Positions 30,044 through 40,631 of a stretch of 64,000 nt of DNA are shown here, in pieces. The stretch is from an uncultured Nitrospiraceae bacterium. Its GTDB lineage: Bacteria > Nitrospirota > Thermodesulfovibrionia > Thermodesulfovibrionales > SM23-35. The stretch is taken from the NCBI GenBank assembly GCA_937138415.1, contig CAKZPA010000042.1, positions 1,308-65,307 of the forward strand, read 5' to 3'. Position numbers and translations under genes: made by a program. Below the pieces are notes generated by a model. The model saw only the letters and a list, made by a program, of their open reading frames with translations, was not told where the DNA came from and ran no database searches. Numbering within the stretch: the first letter of the stretch is position 1; every line of letters starts with the position of its first letter.

Positions 30044-30608
30044 TCAGCATCTCTCTCAGAAATTTCTTTTCAAGCGCAATAATACGTTTCTTTCTTTCTT
30101 TGATTTTTTTTGCTGGAATACCAGCATAGATACTCCATTCTTCAGTCGACCTGTTAACCAAACTCAACGCTCCTATCGCAGAGCCTTCACGTATCGTCAC
30201 CCCTGGCAGAACAACAGTGCCCGGGCCGACGATAACATGCTTTTCCAAGACGACCCTCGCCTCGACCAAATTCTTGTATTGATCGGGTATCATTGGACTG
30301 GTCATCGACGCGCCGCTGAAATCATCACTGACGGCAAATATTTCTATTTTCCTGGAAAGATTTACATAATCTTCAAGGACTATTCCCTTCTTCCCCCCGC
30401 ACAATGATGTATAAGCCGCGATATGAATATAGTTGCCTATCCGAAGTTTTCCGCTCAATATGCAAAAGTCATCTATCCTGACATTCGAGCCGATTTCAAT
30501 CTTCTCCGGATTATAAATACTCGCCTTGCGGCTAATAAGCACATTCCTGCCAAGTTTTCTAAAGCCGATCTCTCTTAATTCTCCGTACTCGCGAAAGCTA
30601 TTGATCAT
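30036..30608 (-). CDS. hexapeptide-repeat (LbH) sugar N/O-acetyltransferase
   Basis: 190 aa with imperfect hexapeptide repeats (IGSNVRIDDFCILSG..., IVGPGTVVLPGVTI). It overlaps the aminotransferase start by 8 nt. Confidence 0.8.
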   Translation of the reverse strand: MINSFREYGELREIGFRKLGRNVLISRKASIYNPEKIEIGSNVRIDDFCILSGKLRIGNYIHIAAYTSLCGGKKGIVLEDYVNLSRKIEIFAVSDDFSGASMTSPMIPDQYKNLVEARVVLEKHVIVGPGTVVLPGVTIREGSAIGALSLVNRSTEEWSIYAGIPAKKIKERKKRIIALEKKFLREMLNA

Positions 30609-30653
30609 TCTATTAATGCCGTGGCTTTCTCGGATTTCTGCAATCTTCAGCCT

Positions 30654-30869
30654 TCACCCAACAGCGGAGTATAGCCCCGGGCAGGTCATTCTCTCCCAAG
30701 CGACTCGCCAATGCAACCAAGGAGACATCGAGAAGAACGCCGTATCTGCACTTTCTCGGTTAATCAACATCATAATCTCGTCCGCCCACTTGACGCTTTC
30801 GAGACAATCCCGAATGTTATCCTCTTCGTTAAATGTGATAACCGTGACGGATAGTTTCTCGCGCTCCAC
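30654..30869 (-). pseudogene. truncated N-terminal remnant of a family-2 glycosyltransferase
   Basis: 71-codon ORF. The first ~32 aa ([27 protein letters not shown]) match the GT2 N-terminus. The rest degenerates and stops about 180 aa short of a full GT2. Confidence 0.5.
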
Positions 30870-30913
30870 GCATCCTCCGGATCTCTTCGAATCAACCGAA
30901 CGGTGACATCAGC

Positions 30914-32623
30914 TCATGTGAGCACATGGTAAAGTTCCTTATAGGTCGCGCTCCGGGAGAGGAGCTCCGCATGCGTTCCGCTGTCCTCGATCTTTCCCCT
31001 CTCAATAATAAGAATCCTGTCCGCGTGTTCGATCGTCGAAAGCCTGTGCGCGATCACGATCGTCGTCCTCCCCTCCATGAGGGTGTCGAGTGCTTTCTGG
31101 ACGATGGATTCCGAGACGGAATCGAGCGACGATGTCGCCTCATCGAGGATCAGGATGGGAGGGTTTTTCAGAATAGCGCGAGCGATCGCGATCCGCTGGC
31201 GCTGTCCGCCCGATAATTTTAAGCCTCTGTCACCGATGACGGTGTCATACCGATCGGGCAACTGACGAATGAATTCGTCAGCGTATGCCATCTGCGCTGC
31301 CTCGATGATGTCCTGCTCGGACGCGGCGGGATTGCCGAAAGCGATATTCTCCCTCACCGTGTCATTGAAGAGGATGATATCTTGACTCACGATCCCTATC
31401 TGATCTCTGAGAGATCGAACGTCGATATCTTTAATGTCGATACCATCGATCGTCACCGTGCCACTCGACGGCACGTAGAATTTCGGTATCAAGTCCACGA
31501 GCGTCGACTTCCCCACGCCGCTGCGTCCGACGATAGCCACGACCTCCCCGGCGTGAATCTCGAAATTTACTTCGGTGAGAACCGGGACATTGCTGCCAGG
31601 GAAGATGAAGGAAACATTTTCGAACCGTATCGATTCCCTAAAACGATCTATCTTGACAGAGCCCCTCTCTTCCTCCTCCGAAGTCAGCACGGTCTGGATC
31701 CTTTCGAGATGAGCGCGCGACTCTTGCATACCGCTGTACGCTTCGCCGATCCTTTTCACGGGAGAGACCATCATATAGATAGCCACGAGCACGGACGCAA
31801 AAACGCCCGCGGTAATCGTGCCATTGACGACCTGCCTTCCTCCGTACCAGAGCACGAGAGCGATCCCGAGACCGATCCCGACGTCGATTGCTAATTTCGT
31901 AAACTCCCTCAAACGAACGACCCGCATGAACTCACGATAGTATCGCTGGTTGTCCTCACGGAACTTTTCCTCCATCGCCTCTTCTTGATTGAATACCTTA
32001 ATGACCCGGGCGCCAAAAATCGTCTCCCCGATTCTCTGCGTGAGGAAAGACAGTTTCTTCTGCGTTTCTTTTCTTTTTTTCTTGATCCCTTTCCCGAATT
32101 TCCTCGTACTGTAGGCGATGAAGGGGAGGAGCGCCAAACTCATGAGCGCCAAATCCCACTTCCTGTAAAGAGCGACTCCAAGGAGAAAGACGACGGTCGG
32201 CACTTCGACGATAAACTTCCGCAGGAAATCCGAAATCATCGCGTTGAGGATATCGACGTCGTTCATCACTTTCGAGAGAAGCACCCCTGACGATTCTCTC
32301 CCGAAGTACCCCACCGGCAGGCGCAAAATATGGTGATAGAGCGTGTTCCTCGTTTCCCGGACGAGTTTCAATCCAGCGGAACTCAAAAGATACGCTTGGA
32401 AAAAACTGAGAAGTCCCTTCGTCGAAAAGAGGAGCACGATCAGAAAAGGGAGAAAGACAAAATATTCGTACCGTTTGCCTACGAGGACATCATCCAGTGC
32501 CGGTTTAACGGCCCATGCGATCAGACCGGTAAGGGCCGAGACGAGAACGCCGAGAACAATGCCGCCCAAGAGCCTTGGCCAGTACGGTTTCGTGAGTTTA
32601 ATGACGTTTATCGCCGTTCGCAT
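30914..32623 (-). CDS. msbA: lipid A export ABC transporter permease/ATPase
   Basis: 569 aa with a 6-TM domain, Walker A GRSGVGKST, signature LSGGQRQRIAIARA and Walker B ILILDEATS. Confidence 0.88.
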   Translation of the reverse strand: MRTAINVIKLTKPYWPRLLGGIVLGVLVSALTGLIAWAVKPALDDVLVGKRYEYFVFLPFLIVLLFSTKGLLSFFQAYLLSSAGLKLVRETRNTLYHHILRLPVGYFGRESSGVLLSKVMNDVDILNAMISDFLRKFIVEVPTVVFLLGVALYRKWDLALMSLALLPFIAYSTRKFGKGIKKKRKETQKKLSFLTQRIGETIFGARVIKVFNQEEAMEEKFREDNQRYYREFMRVVRLREFTKLAIDVGIGLGIALVLWYGGRQVVNGTITAGVFASVLVAIYMMVSPVKRIGEAYSGMQESRAHLERIQTVLTSEEEERGSVKIDRFRESIRFENVSFIFPGSNVPVLTEVNFEIHAGEVVAIVGRSGVGKSTLVDLIPKFYVPSSGTVTIDGIDIKDIDVRSLRDQIGIVSQDIILFNDTVRENIAFGNPAASEQDIIEAAQMAYADEFIRQLPDRYDTVIGDRGLKLSGGQRQRIAIARAILKNPPILILDEATSSLDSVSESIVQKALDTLMEGRTTIVIAHRLSTIEHADRILIIERGKIEDSGTHAELLSRSATYKELYHVLT

Positions 32624-32759
32624 GATCGCTCATAGTATAAACAATGCGCTCGACCAAATGAATGGCCGAAGAGAGCACACGGGCAGCTCGGCATCCCCGG
32701 AGAGACAAACCGGGAGAATCTTTGGCTGATCTCACGTGGCGGAGGTGTTACGAAGAGGA

Positions 32760-33572
32760 TCAAAGGCCGCTGACAATCTGCGCGGTGACCGAGCCAATTG
32801 CGACCTTCGTCTGCATCTTGACCGGAACGCGTCTATCATCGTCGGTCAGCCAGATCAAGATGTCACCCTTGCGGGAGAATATCCCTTCCGACTGCATCAG
32901 TGGCCTTACGAGGACGGTATTGACGGGACCAGCGGGGAGGCTGATCCGCTCTTTTTTCAGAACCTGCACTTCGACATTCCAGACTTTTTTGCTGTCGAAA
33001 ATGGTCAGGAATGTTGGGTGCCCGACAGCGAGGGGAAGGGATCGAAGGCGGTAAAACCCTGAAAGCGGGTCGAACACCGGCGGGTTGATCTCGAATTCCT
33101 TTCTTTCATTTTTAAGGTAGTCGACATAGATAGCCGTCGTGTTATCGTGCGCAAACGTCACTTCTTTGTCCCGCCTGTGTCTCCCTTCCCTGATTTTTAT
33201 TCGGTACCGCAGCGGCTGAAACCCCGTCCCCCCGGACGTCCTGGAGAGCGTGCATTCCACGCGGTTGTCCACCCTATAGAAAACGGACACCCACGGGGCG
33301 GAGACAGCGGTCGAGAAAATCTTTACGTGATCGCCGTCGTTCATCACTTCGAGGGTAGCCGAGCCAGCCTTGATCCCCGTCCACGTCAGATCGTAGATCA
33401 ACTTCTCCGGGACCGCAACGGATGGCGGAAAAAAGGTGGAACCGGAAGTCACCCCGGAAAGGATCACGAGAAGCAACGCAAACGATATCAGGTCACACAA
33501 GGGACGCCGGCCCGCAAAAATCACAACGCCGATCAACCATCGGATTCGCTTATTGAGCACGTCGATAGACAT
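32760..33572 (-). CDS. hypothetical exported protein (DUF3108-like by recollection)
   Basis: 270 aa with an N-terminal TM/signal segment followed by a beta-rich region (LIYDLTWTGIKAGSATLEV...). Confidence 0.5.
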   Translation of the reverse strand: MSIDVLNKRIRWLIGVVIFAGRRPLCDLISFALLLVILSGVTSGSTFFPPSVAVPEKLIYDLTWTGIKAGSATLEVMNDGDHVKIFSTAVSAPWVSVFYRVDNRVECTLSRTSGGTGFQPLRYRIKIREGRHRRDKEVTFAHDNTTAIYVDYLKNERKEFEINPPVFDPLSGFYRLRSLPLAVGHPTFLTIFDSKKVWNVEVQVLKKERISLPAGPVNTVLVRPLMQSEGIFSRKGDILIWLTDDDRRVPVKMQTKVAIGSVTAQIVSGL

Positions 33573-33604
33573 GAGCCCTTACTGATCCTATGGTATATTA
33601 ATCC

Positions 33605-34333
33605 ATGCTCGTCATTCCCGCAATAGATTTGAAAAACGGTTCGTGCGTCAGACTCCTCCAGGGGAAAAAGGACGCGGTGACCGTATACTCCAAAGATCCT
33701 GCGGCGACGGCAAAGCGATGGGAGTCGCACGGCGCAAAGCTCCTCCACGTCGTCGATCTCGACGGAGCCTTCTCGGGACGTCAAAAAAACCTTGATGCCG
33801 TGGTGCGAATCCGTAAATCGGTCAGGATACCGATTCAGGTCGGTGGCGGGATACGGAATATCGGCAATCTGCTCAACCTTTTTTCCGCGGGGATCGACAG
33901 AGTCATCATCGGCACCGCAGCCATAGAGGACCCTGAGTTCCTCGTACAGGCATGCAAACAATATCCGGGCCGCATCCTCATCGGCATCGATGCCCGAGAC
34001 GGGCTCGTCGCAATCCGCGGATGGGAAGAGGTGACGCCGATCCACGCATACGACTTAGCACAACGCCTCGAAATGGTCGGCATAGCCGGCATCATCTATA
34101 CGGATATCAAGCGGGACGGCATGTTGACCGGCCCCAATGTAGAGGCTATCCGCGATATGGTCGATCACGTCACGATCCCCGTCATTGCGTCCGGCGGTAT
34201 CGCGACCATGGAGGACGTCAAAAAGCTCACGGGGATAAAGGGCCTCTGGGGAATGATAACGGGGAAAGCGATCTACTCCGGCACCCTGGATCTCAAGGAA
34301 GCGATCGCGTACGCGGAGAACTATCGCTCATGA
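33605..34333 (+). CDS. hisA: ProFAR isomerase
   Basis: 242 aa with MLVIPAIDLKNG..., VVDLDGA and ASGGI motifs. Confidence 0.94.
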   Translation: MLVIPAIDLKNGSCVRLLQGKKDAVTVYSKDPAATAKRWESHGAKLLHVVDLDGAFSGRQKNLDAVVRIRKSVRIPIQVGGGIRNIGNLLNLFSAGIDRVIIGTAAIEDPEFLVQACKQYPGRILIGIDARDGLVAIRGWEEVTPIHAYDLAQRLEMVGIAGIIYTDIKRDGMLTGPNVEAIRDMVDHVTIPVIASGGIATMEDVKKLTGIKGLWGMITGKAIYSGTLDLKEAIAYAENYRS

Positions 34334-34408
34334 CGGCATATCCGTTTCCCGTGACCGCAGTCGCCCGTGTGCGCGGCCGCGGACCGTGTCGCGCATTCGC
34401 AGAGGACG

Positions 34409-35227
34409 ATGCTCGCTAAACGGATCATCCCCTGCCTCGACGTCAAAGACGGTCGCGTCGTGAAGGGTGTCAGCTTCTTGAATCTTCGCGACGCGGGAGA
34501 TCCCGTCGCCAACGCGAAATTCTACGACGACCAGGGAGCTGACGAGCTCGTATTTCTCGATATTACGGCCTCTCACGAGAAAAGGAAGATTATTCTGGAC
34601 GTCGTCATGAAAACGGCGGAGGACGTCTTCATGCCGCTCACGGTGGGTGGCGGGATCAAAAATCTCGAAGACATAAGAGACCTCCTGAACGCAGGTTGCG
34701 ACAAGGTATCCATCAATACCACCGCGGTGCAAGATCCGTACTTTGTCAGTGCCGCAGCCAAGCGTTTCGGCAGCCAGTGCGTTGTCGTCGCCATCGACGC
34801 AAAGCGAATCGTCGGTCGTCAGAAGTCAGAAGTCAAGAGCCAGGGGATACCGGAAGATATCTCTCTGACGCCTGAATCGATGTGGAACATCTACACGCAC
34901 GGAGGGAGAGTACCGATCGCGATCGACGCGGTGAAGTGGGCGAAAAAAGTCGAGGAACTGGGTGCAGGGGAGATTATGCTCACCAGCATGGACATGGATG
35001 GCACGAAGAACGGCTATGACATCGAACTGACCCGCGCGATATCGGAGGCGGTCAGGATACCGGTCATCGCCTCCGGCGGTGCCGGCACGCTCGCTCACCT
35101 CTACGAAGCGTTCGTTCACGGGAAAGCAGACGCCGCCCTCGCTGCATCCATATTCCACTACAGAGAATACACGATACAAGAGGCCAAGCAGTATCTCAAA
35201 GACAGGGGGGTCCCGGTCAGACTGTGA
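34409..35227 (+). CDS. hisF: imidazole glycerol phosphate synthase cyclase subunit
   Basis: [20 protein letters not shown]..., with DELVFLDI and ASGGAG motifs. RBS AGAGGA lies before ATG 34409. It carries a ~20-aa insertion after IDAKR. Confidence 0.94.
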   Translation: MLAKRIIPCLDVKDGRVVKGVSFLNLRDAGDPVANAKFYDDQGADELVFLDITASHEKRKIILDVVMKTAEDVFMPLTVGGGIKNLEDIRDLLNAGCDKVSINTTAVQDPYFVSAAAKRFGSQCVVVAIDAKRIVGRQKSEVKSQGIPEDISLTPESMWNIYTHGGRVPIAIDAVKWAKKVEELGAGEIMLTSMDMDGTKNGYDIELTRAISEAVRIPVIASGGAGTLAHLYEAFVHGKADAALAASIFHYREYTIQEAKQYLKDRGVPVRL

Positions 35228-36263
35228 TACTCTTGCGACCCGTTACGCGCCCAATCCGCATGGCGCGAACGGTATCGTCATCAGCGGCGGCGGAATTGAT
35301 TGTCGCCGTCCTGCCACCGATCGTTGCTTTCACTTCGACCGATCGCGATGAACGTTCGTCCGAATACCTCGCGCAGAGCGCAGCGGCGACCTGGAGCGCT
35401 TCGTGCGTGGCATCGCCCACGACGAGGGTTATGGGGCTGCCGGATCCCTCCACCCTTAAGAGATAGTCGCTTCTTTCCGCTAACATCTCGATGAGTGCGT
35501 TTTCCGATCTGTCCCGGCCCACGATAATCTTGCAGCGGGGTGAATGGCGGAAATGTCTGCCGACCCTCAAGAGATCGATGTCCCTCACCGTTGGATGCGG
35601 AGTGTGCGCGAGGAGGTCTCTGAGGCGGAATGCGTAATTCGGTTCGGTGAGGAGGCATCCCCCCGCAGGAGTGGGATACGTGTCTAACCCGAACTCCCTC
35701 GCGAGCGCGATCTGTGGCTTCCTGGACTTGCCGCTGAATGAATAGAGCAGTTCCCTCCGAACCATTCCCACTCGCTCGGCACGTGTCTCCCTCAGGAGCC
35801 GCGCGCTCAGAGGCCTGAGAACGAGGTCGCTGACACCGGCCTCTTTGTCGATATGGTAGAGCATGTCTTTTCTCTGGCTCATCGGGCGTTGGCCGAGAAC
35901 TTCTCCCGTCACCAAGAAGTGCGCTCCCGTTTCATCCATTATCCGCTTTGCCTCCCTGAGCATGAGGATCCGACAATCAACGCAGGGGTTCATATTTTTT
36001 CCGTACCCGTGCTTTGGGTTCTTGACGATCTCCAACATTTCATTCTGTAGATGTCGCGTGACGAGAGTAAAGCCCCACTTTTGGCAGATGTCGCGGAAAT
36101 CTCCTCGCGGGAATGAGCTTTCACCCGGCGTAGGATCGAACGGCGTGGTACACGTGAGCGCGGTCACGTCGACTCCCTGACGGCGGATCGCGATAACAGC
36201 CAGCGTGCTGTCGAGACCGCCCGAAAAGAGAGCGACGGCTTTAAATGGTGTGGATTTTTCCAT
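35217..36263 (-). CDS. PP-loop ATP pyrophosphatase, ThiI/MnmA-like (putative tRNA or cofactor sulfurtransferase)
   Basis: 348 aa with the PP-loop SGGLDS and the NPCVDCR cysteine motif. It converges on hisF with an 11-nt overlap. Confidence 0.65.
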   Translation of the reverse strand: MEKSTPFKAVALFSGGLDSTLAVIAIRRQGVDVTALTCTTPFDPTPGESSFPRGDFRDICQKWGFTLVTRHLQNEMLEIVKNPKHGYGKNMNPCVDCRILMLREAKRIMDETGAHFLVTGEVLGQRPMSQRKDMLYHIDKEAGVSDLVLRPLSARLLRETRAERVGMVRRELLYSFSGKSRKPQIALAREFGLDTYPTPAGGCLLTEPNYAFRLRDLLAHTPHPTVRDIDLLRVGRHFRHSPRCKIIVGRDRSENALIEMLAERSDYLLRVEGSGSPITLVVGDATHEALQVAAALCARYSDERSSRSVEVKATIGGRTATINSAAADDDTVRAMRIGRVTGRKSITV

Positions 36264-36290
36264 AGCGTTCAGACGATAGCCCTGGGCAGA

Positions 36291-37262
36291 TTACGTCCGA
36301 TGAGATTTCAGGGATCTGCGCAACTGCTCCGGCGTCACCACCGCCGTTCCCACTTCACCGACGACGATGCCCGCCGCGTGATTCGCGATGACCGCAGCCT
36401 CTTCCATCTCCGCACCAGCCGCATGGGCAAGGGTGAACGCGGCGATGACGGTATCGCCCGCGCCGGTGACGTCATACACCTTTTTGGCCACGGTCGGAAT
36501 GTGAACCACTGTGTCCTTGCGAAACAGGCTCATGCCGTGTTCCCCCCTCGTCAGCAAAACCGCGTCGCACGAAATTTTTCTCAAGAGGACTCTGCCCGCC
36601 TTCTCGAGAGATGTTGCGTCCTTGATCTCGATGCCGGACGCCGAAGACGCCTCGTGAATATTCGGGGTAACGAGAGAAACGTTTCGGTAACAATGGAAGT
36701 GGCCCACTTTCGGATCGACCGATACGAAGATTTTTCCCCGTCTCGCTTTTTTCACGATCGCTTTCATGAGATCGGCGGAAATGACCCCTTTCTTATAATC
36801 GGAGATGATCGCCGCGTCGTGATCCGATATGGCTTCAGCGATGAAATGAAGGATGCCGGCGAACGTTTTCCCGTCGACTCGCGATCGTTCTTCGCGGTCG
36901 AACCGGACAATCTGCTGATTGTGGGCGATCACGCGGGTCTTGACGGTCGTCGCCCGCGTCTCTTGAAACACCCCTTCACAGTGGATGCCCTTGTCCTCCA
37001 TCAACTTCCTTATGATATCGCCACCTCTGTCTCTGCCGGTGACACCGACGATCGTCGCCCGACCGCCGAGGGAGACGATATTGTGCGCAACGTTCGCGGC
37101 ACCGCCGAGGAGAAAGTTCTCCTGCACCACTTCGACAACAGGCACGGGGGCTTCCGGCGAAATCCGCTCCACTTTGCCCCAGATATACCGGTCGAGAATC
37201 AAATCTCCGATGACGAGAATCTTCTTCTTTTTAAATTGGCGCAAAACGTTGTTATGGGCCAT
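36291..37262 (-). CDS. hldA: D-glycero-beta-D-manno-heptose-7-phosphate kinase (RfaE domain I, PfkB family)
   Basis: 323 aa with ILVIGDLILDRYIWG, ISPEAPVPV and DVTGAGDTVIA motifs. Confidence 0.85.
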   Translation of the reverse strand: MAHNNVLRQFKKKKILVIGDLILDRYIWGKVERISPEAPVPVVEVVQENFLLGGAANVAHNIVSLGGRATIVGVTGRDRGGDIIRKLMEDKGIHCEGVFQETRATTVKTRVIAHNQQIVRFDREERSRVDGKTFAGILHFIAEAISDHDAAIISDYKKGVISADLMKAIVKKARRGKIFVSVDPKVGHFHCYRNVSLVTPNIHEASSASGIEIKDATSLEKAGRVLLRKISCDAVLLTRGEHGMSLFRKDTVVHIPTVAKKVYDVTGAGDTVIAAFTLAHAAGAEMEEAAVIANHAAGIVVGEVGTAVVTPEQLRRSLKSHRT

Positions 37263-37448
37263 GATTATTTTGTCAATTTGACGCTATACAGCGTTTCTTG
37301 TCATTGTCCCGTTCGAACAGGCAATCGAGAGAATATTCAAAAAAATATGGATTTCCCGATCACGTCGGGGAATGACAACCTGCGGGAACCATACTCCTTT
37401 AACCAACACTAACAAAAGTTTACCAGGAAGAAGCCCCGAATGACAATG

Positions 37449-37478
37449 AAAAGGGCGGTTCATGTGAACCGCCCTTTT
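37449..37478. terminator. bidirectional intrinsic terminator
   Basis: Perfect 14-bp palindromic hairpin AAAAGGGCGGTTCA-TG-TGAACCGCCCTTTT, 26 nt after the porin stop. Confidence 0.85.
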
Positions 37479-37503
37479 AAGAACTTCCTCTTGCTAAGCC
37501 CGC

Positions 37504-38952
37504 TTAGAACGTGAACAGAAGCCCGTGAACGAGCTGAGTAACCGCTTTGTCGTCTCCGTAAACATCTTTATAGAAGTCACCGGCTTTGAAATACCCGGCC
37601 TCCACGAAATAAGAGAGGTTCTTCGTGATTTTGTACGAAGCCTTCATGTCCACTTCCCAGCCGAGGTCCTTATCGACATCGACGTCCTGTCCCAGGAGTT
37701 GCTCCCATCCACCGACTTTTGTCGCCTTGAGCAGGAATCCGTCGACGGAAAGGCTGACATCCGGCATCGGCGTCACATCGATACCGAGGTTGTAATAGGT
37801 CGTGTTCGCGATACCGGTATTCGTCGTGTTGCCCCCGGGTTTCGTGGTAAGCACGGCATTTACTGCCGCTGTCCTGACGGTGCGCTCATAAATCTGCGTA
37901 TAGTGGACCAGCCTTGCCGTCGGCCCGTAATCAGGACCCTGGAGCGTCTGGAATTCTTTGCAGTCTTCGTCTTCGATGTCATCGTCGCCACTGCCGTACG
38001 CGAAGGAAGCCCTGATATTGATCGGATCGATCATGTACCCGAGTTTCGCATAGACTGCCCAGCCTTTTGCTTTTAAATCAAACTCCCCGTCTTCAGACAC
38101 GATACCTTCGGCCTTGCCGAACTGGAAATCGGCTTCGGCTGCGTAGCTCAATCCCGCGATCATGCCTTTCGCGTGGATACCGACATTATGGAAATTCAGT
38201 TGATCAACGTTGGGAGCAGGCGTTGTAATGATGTTCCCTTCTCCATCAACTGTCCATACAGACGGGCAGTTCCCATCGCTGTGCGCCCAAACCCAGTTGA
38301 TCCCGACCATGTTGTCCTTGTCCCACTGGTACGTGGCAAGCGCGACGTATCCATCGAGATCGTCGGTGTGGCTATTCAACTCACCTTCATCCAATTTGAC
38401 GGTGCCGATAGCAATATGCGCTTCCTTCACGGGATCCACCCAGAGGAGGATGGCATCGTCTCCGAATCTCTCGTTATTGAGGAACTGCTTCTCCCCGAGG
38501 CTTATCGGCATATGGCCGATTTTGATCCCCGCCGGCACGCCCATCAGACCAGTCCCGACATACTGAATCCACGCCTGCCTGATGAGAATGTCAGCATTCG
38601 GTTTCGAATCGTACCCTCTGCCGCTGTCACCCCAATACCACAAGCCGCTATTAGCGCTTCCGCCACTTGCCGTCTCGAGTTCGACCATGCCGCGAAGGCT
38701 GTCGGAAATTTTCGCGTCGACCATGAGGTTGACATTGGTCGAGTAAAATGCTTGTGATGTCGATTTTCCAGGAACGACACCAAACTTGGGAATCTCATCC
38801 TCCCCCTCGGGTACGACGATATTATCGAAATACCAACCCCTGACGAGAATCTTACCGCCGAGCGTAATCTCCGGTTTGTCTTCAGCAAATGCGGAAAGGG
38901 CAAGGCCCATCACCAGTAAAATACCCAACGCCACTGCCAGATACTTCTTCAC
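37504..38952 (-). CDS. outer-membrane beta-barrel porin (family unassigned)
   Basis: 482 aa with a GTG start and AGGAGG RBS. Signal peptide is MKKYLAVALGILLVMGLALSAFA. It has alternating beta-strand periodicity and a C-terminal ...GLLFTF. Confidence 0.75.
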   Translation of the reverse strand: MKKYLAVALGILLVMGLALSAFAEDKPEITLGGKILVRGWYFDNIVVPEGEDEIPKFGVVPGKSTSQAFYSTNVNLMVDAKISDSLRGMVELETASGGSANSGLWYWGDSGRGYDSKPNADILIRQAWIQYVGTGLMGVPAGIKIGHMPISLGEKQFLNNERFGDDAILLWVDPVKEAHIAIGTVKLDEGELNSHTDDLDGYVALATYQWDKDNMVGINWVWAHSDGNCPSVWTVDGEGNIITTPAPNVDQLNFHNVGIHAKGMIAGLSYAAEADFQFGKAEGIVSEDGEFDLKAKGWAVYAKLGYMIDPINIRASFAYGSGDDDIEDEDCKEFQTLQGPDYGPTARLVHYTQIYERTVRTAAVNAVLTTKPGGNTTNTGIANTTYYNLGIDVTPMPDVSLSVDGFLLKATKVGGWEQLLGQDVDVDKDLGWEVDMKASYKITKNLSYFVEAGYFKAGDFYKDVYGDDKAVTQLVHGLLFTF

Positions 38953-39440
38953 GTGTTAACCCTCCTTCTCATATTTTTGCGCAGCGGGTATACCCCCGTT
39001 GCTCTCCGTCGCTCATAGCGACCTCGTCACCCTTCATTCTGTTCTTACCATACCCGTTATCACCTCCCTTTGCAAAGAGGCTCTGGCCTTCTATGAAGAC
39101 CTCCTTCATTGTCTCTACGTTATGCGCGGCCTCTGGAAAACTGCGTTTTTATAGCATGTTCCGCGCGACCTTGTCAAGAAAAACGTCACACCGAAACCCC
39201 TCAATTCTCCAAACGCCTCATCACTGTAAGCAAGAAAGAGACCAGTGTGCCAGAAAATAGCGTTTCAGGGAAAGAGCTTAAAAACACGGGGAAAACGTGG
39301 GGTCAGTCAATCCGATCTTTGTTCCGATTTCCGCCCGCAGGATCTTTCGCAGCGCCCCGTTGTATCCTTTTTACCACATGCCTGTAGTGCGGCGTAGTCA
39401 GAAAACCGCGTCCACCAGGAACCCTGTGATAGAATGGTTC

Positions 39441-40631
39441 ATGAACGATCTCATCAAAATATCCCTCATCTTCGCGCTCGTCCTCGTTCTGCTCAGGAAA
39501 AAAGTGAACGTCGGCATCGCGATGGCAGTCGCTGCGGGCTCCCTCTTCATCCTTTACCAGATGCCCCCGACGATGATCATCCAGACATTCCGAAGCACGC
39601 TCCTCAGCAGCGTCACTATCAAGCTCATCCTCGCGCTCTCGTTCATCCGTATGTTCGAATTGATCCTGCGCGAACAGAATGTCCTGTCGGAAATGATGGC
39701 CGCTGTCCGTGCCCTCCTGAAAAACAGAAAGTTGATCACGATCTCGATGCCTCTGCTGATCGGACTGATCCCTTCGGTTGGAGGAGCGTATTTCTCTGCG
39801 CCCATGGTCGCGGAAGCGACCGATGACACACCCATGAGTCGCGAAGAGAAAGGTTTCGTGAACTATTGGTTCCGGCACCCCTGGGAGTACATTCTCCCTC
39901 TCTATCCGGGGATACTCCTTGCGGCAGCAATCTCGGGGATACACCTCCACCACCTCATTTCAACGAACCTCTCCTACGCGATCGCCCTTGTGGCAACCGG
40001 TTTCATCTTTGGCCTGAGGGACCTCAAAGGCCGCGTGAGCGCAGGTCGCCACCTTTCCAGGAAGGGATTGTGGAGCTTCGCTCCGATTACGGCGGTGGTC
40101 GTACTCGTGCTCGTCTTCCATCTCGAACTGCACTATGCGCTCATTCTGCCCGTCGTCTTCCTCCTTTTCCTCTATCGGTACGGCGTGAAATCACTGATCT
40201 CCGCCTTCAAACACGGGTTCGCTGTCGATGTGATCATTCTCATCCTCGGCGTGATGCTCTTCAAAGAAGCGATGGAGCATTCGGGAGCAGTACAAAACCT
40301 GAGCGCCTTCTTGCTCGATCGGGGGATCCCCGTGTCACCCGTTCTCTTCCTGCTCCCTTTCATGTCGGGCCTGATCACGGGCATCACGATCGGCTTTGTC
40401 GGCAGTACGTTCCCGCTCATTGTCCACATGGTAGGAGACGCATCGATCGGAGCGATATCCTTCGCCTTCGCGGCAGGATTCTTGGGCGTGCTTCTCTCCC
40501 CGGTTCATATCTGCCTCGTGTTAACAAAGGAATACTTTAAAGCAGACTTTTGGGGCATGTATAAATTGATCGTGCCCGCCGGCGGGATTATTTTTGCCGT
40601 CGCAGTTTTTCAGTATCTGCTCCTGCATTAG
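39441..40631 (+). CDS. polytopic inner-membrane protein (DUF401-like, putative transporter)
   Basis: 396 aa from MNDLIKISLIFALV..., with about 10-12 hydrophobic helices. The family call is from memory only. The track start at 39297 adds a non-membrane basic extension. Confidence 0.5.
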   Translation: MNDLIKISLIFALVLVLLRKKVNVGIAMAVAAGSLFILYQMPPTMIIQTFRSTLLSSVTIKLILALSFIRMFELILREQNVLSEMMAAVRALLKNRKLITISMPLLIGLIPSVGGAYFSAPMVAEATDDTPMSREEKGFVNYWFRHPWEYILPLYPGILLAAAISGIHLHHLISTNLSYAIALVATGFIFGLRDLKGRVSAGRHLSRKGLWSFAPITAVVVLVLVFHLELHYALILPVVFLLFLYRYGVKSLISAFKHGFAVDVIILILGVMLFKEAMEHSGAVQNLSAFLLDRGIPVSPVLFLLPFMSGLITGITIGFVGSTFPLIVHMVGDASIGAISFAFAAGFLGVLLSPVHICLVLTKEYFKADFWGMYKLIVPAGGIIFAVAVFQYLLLH

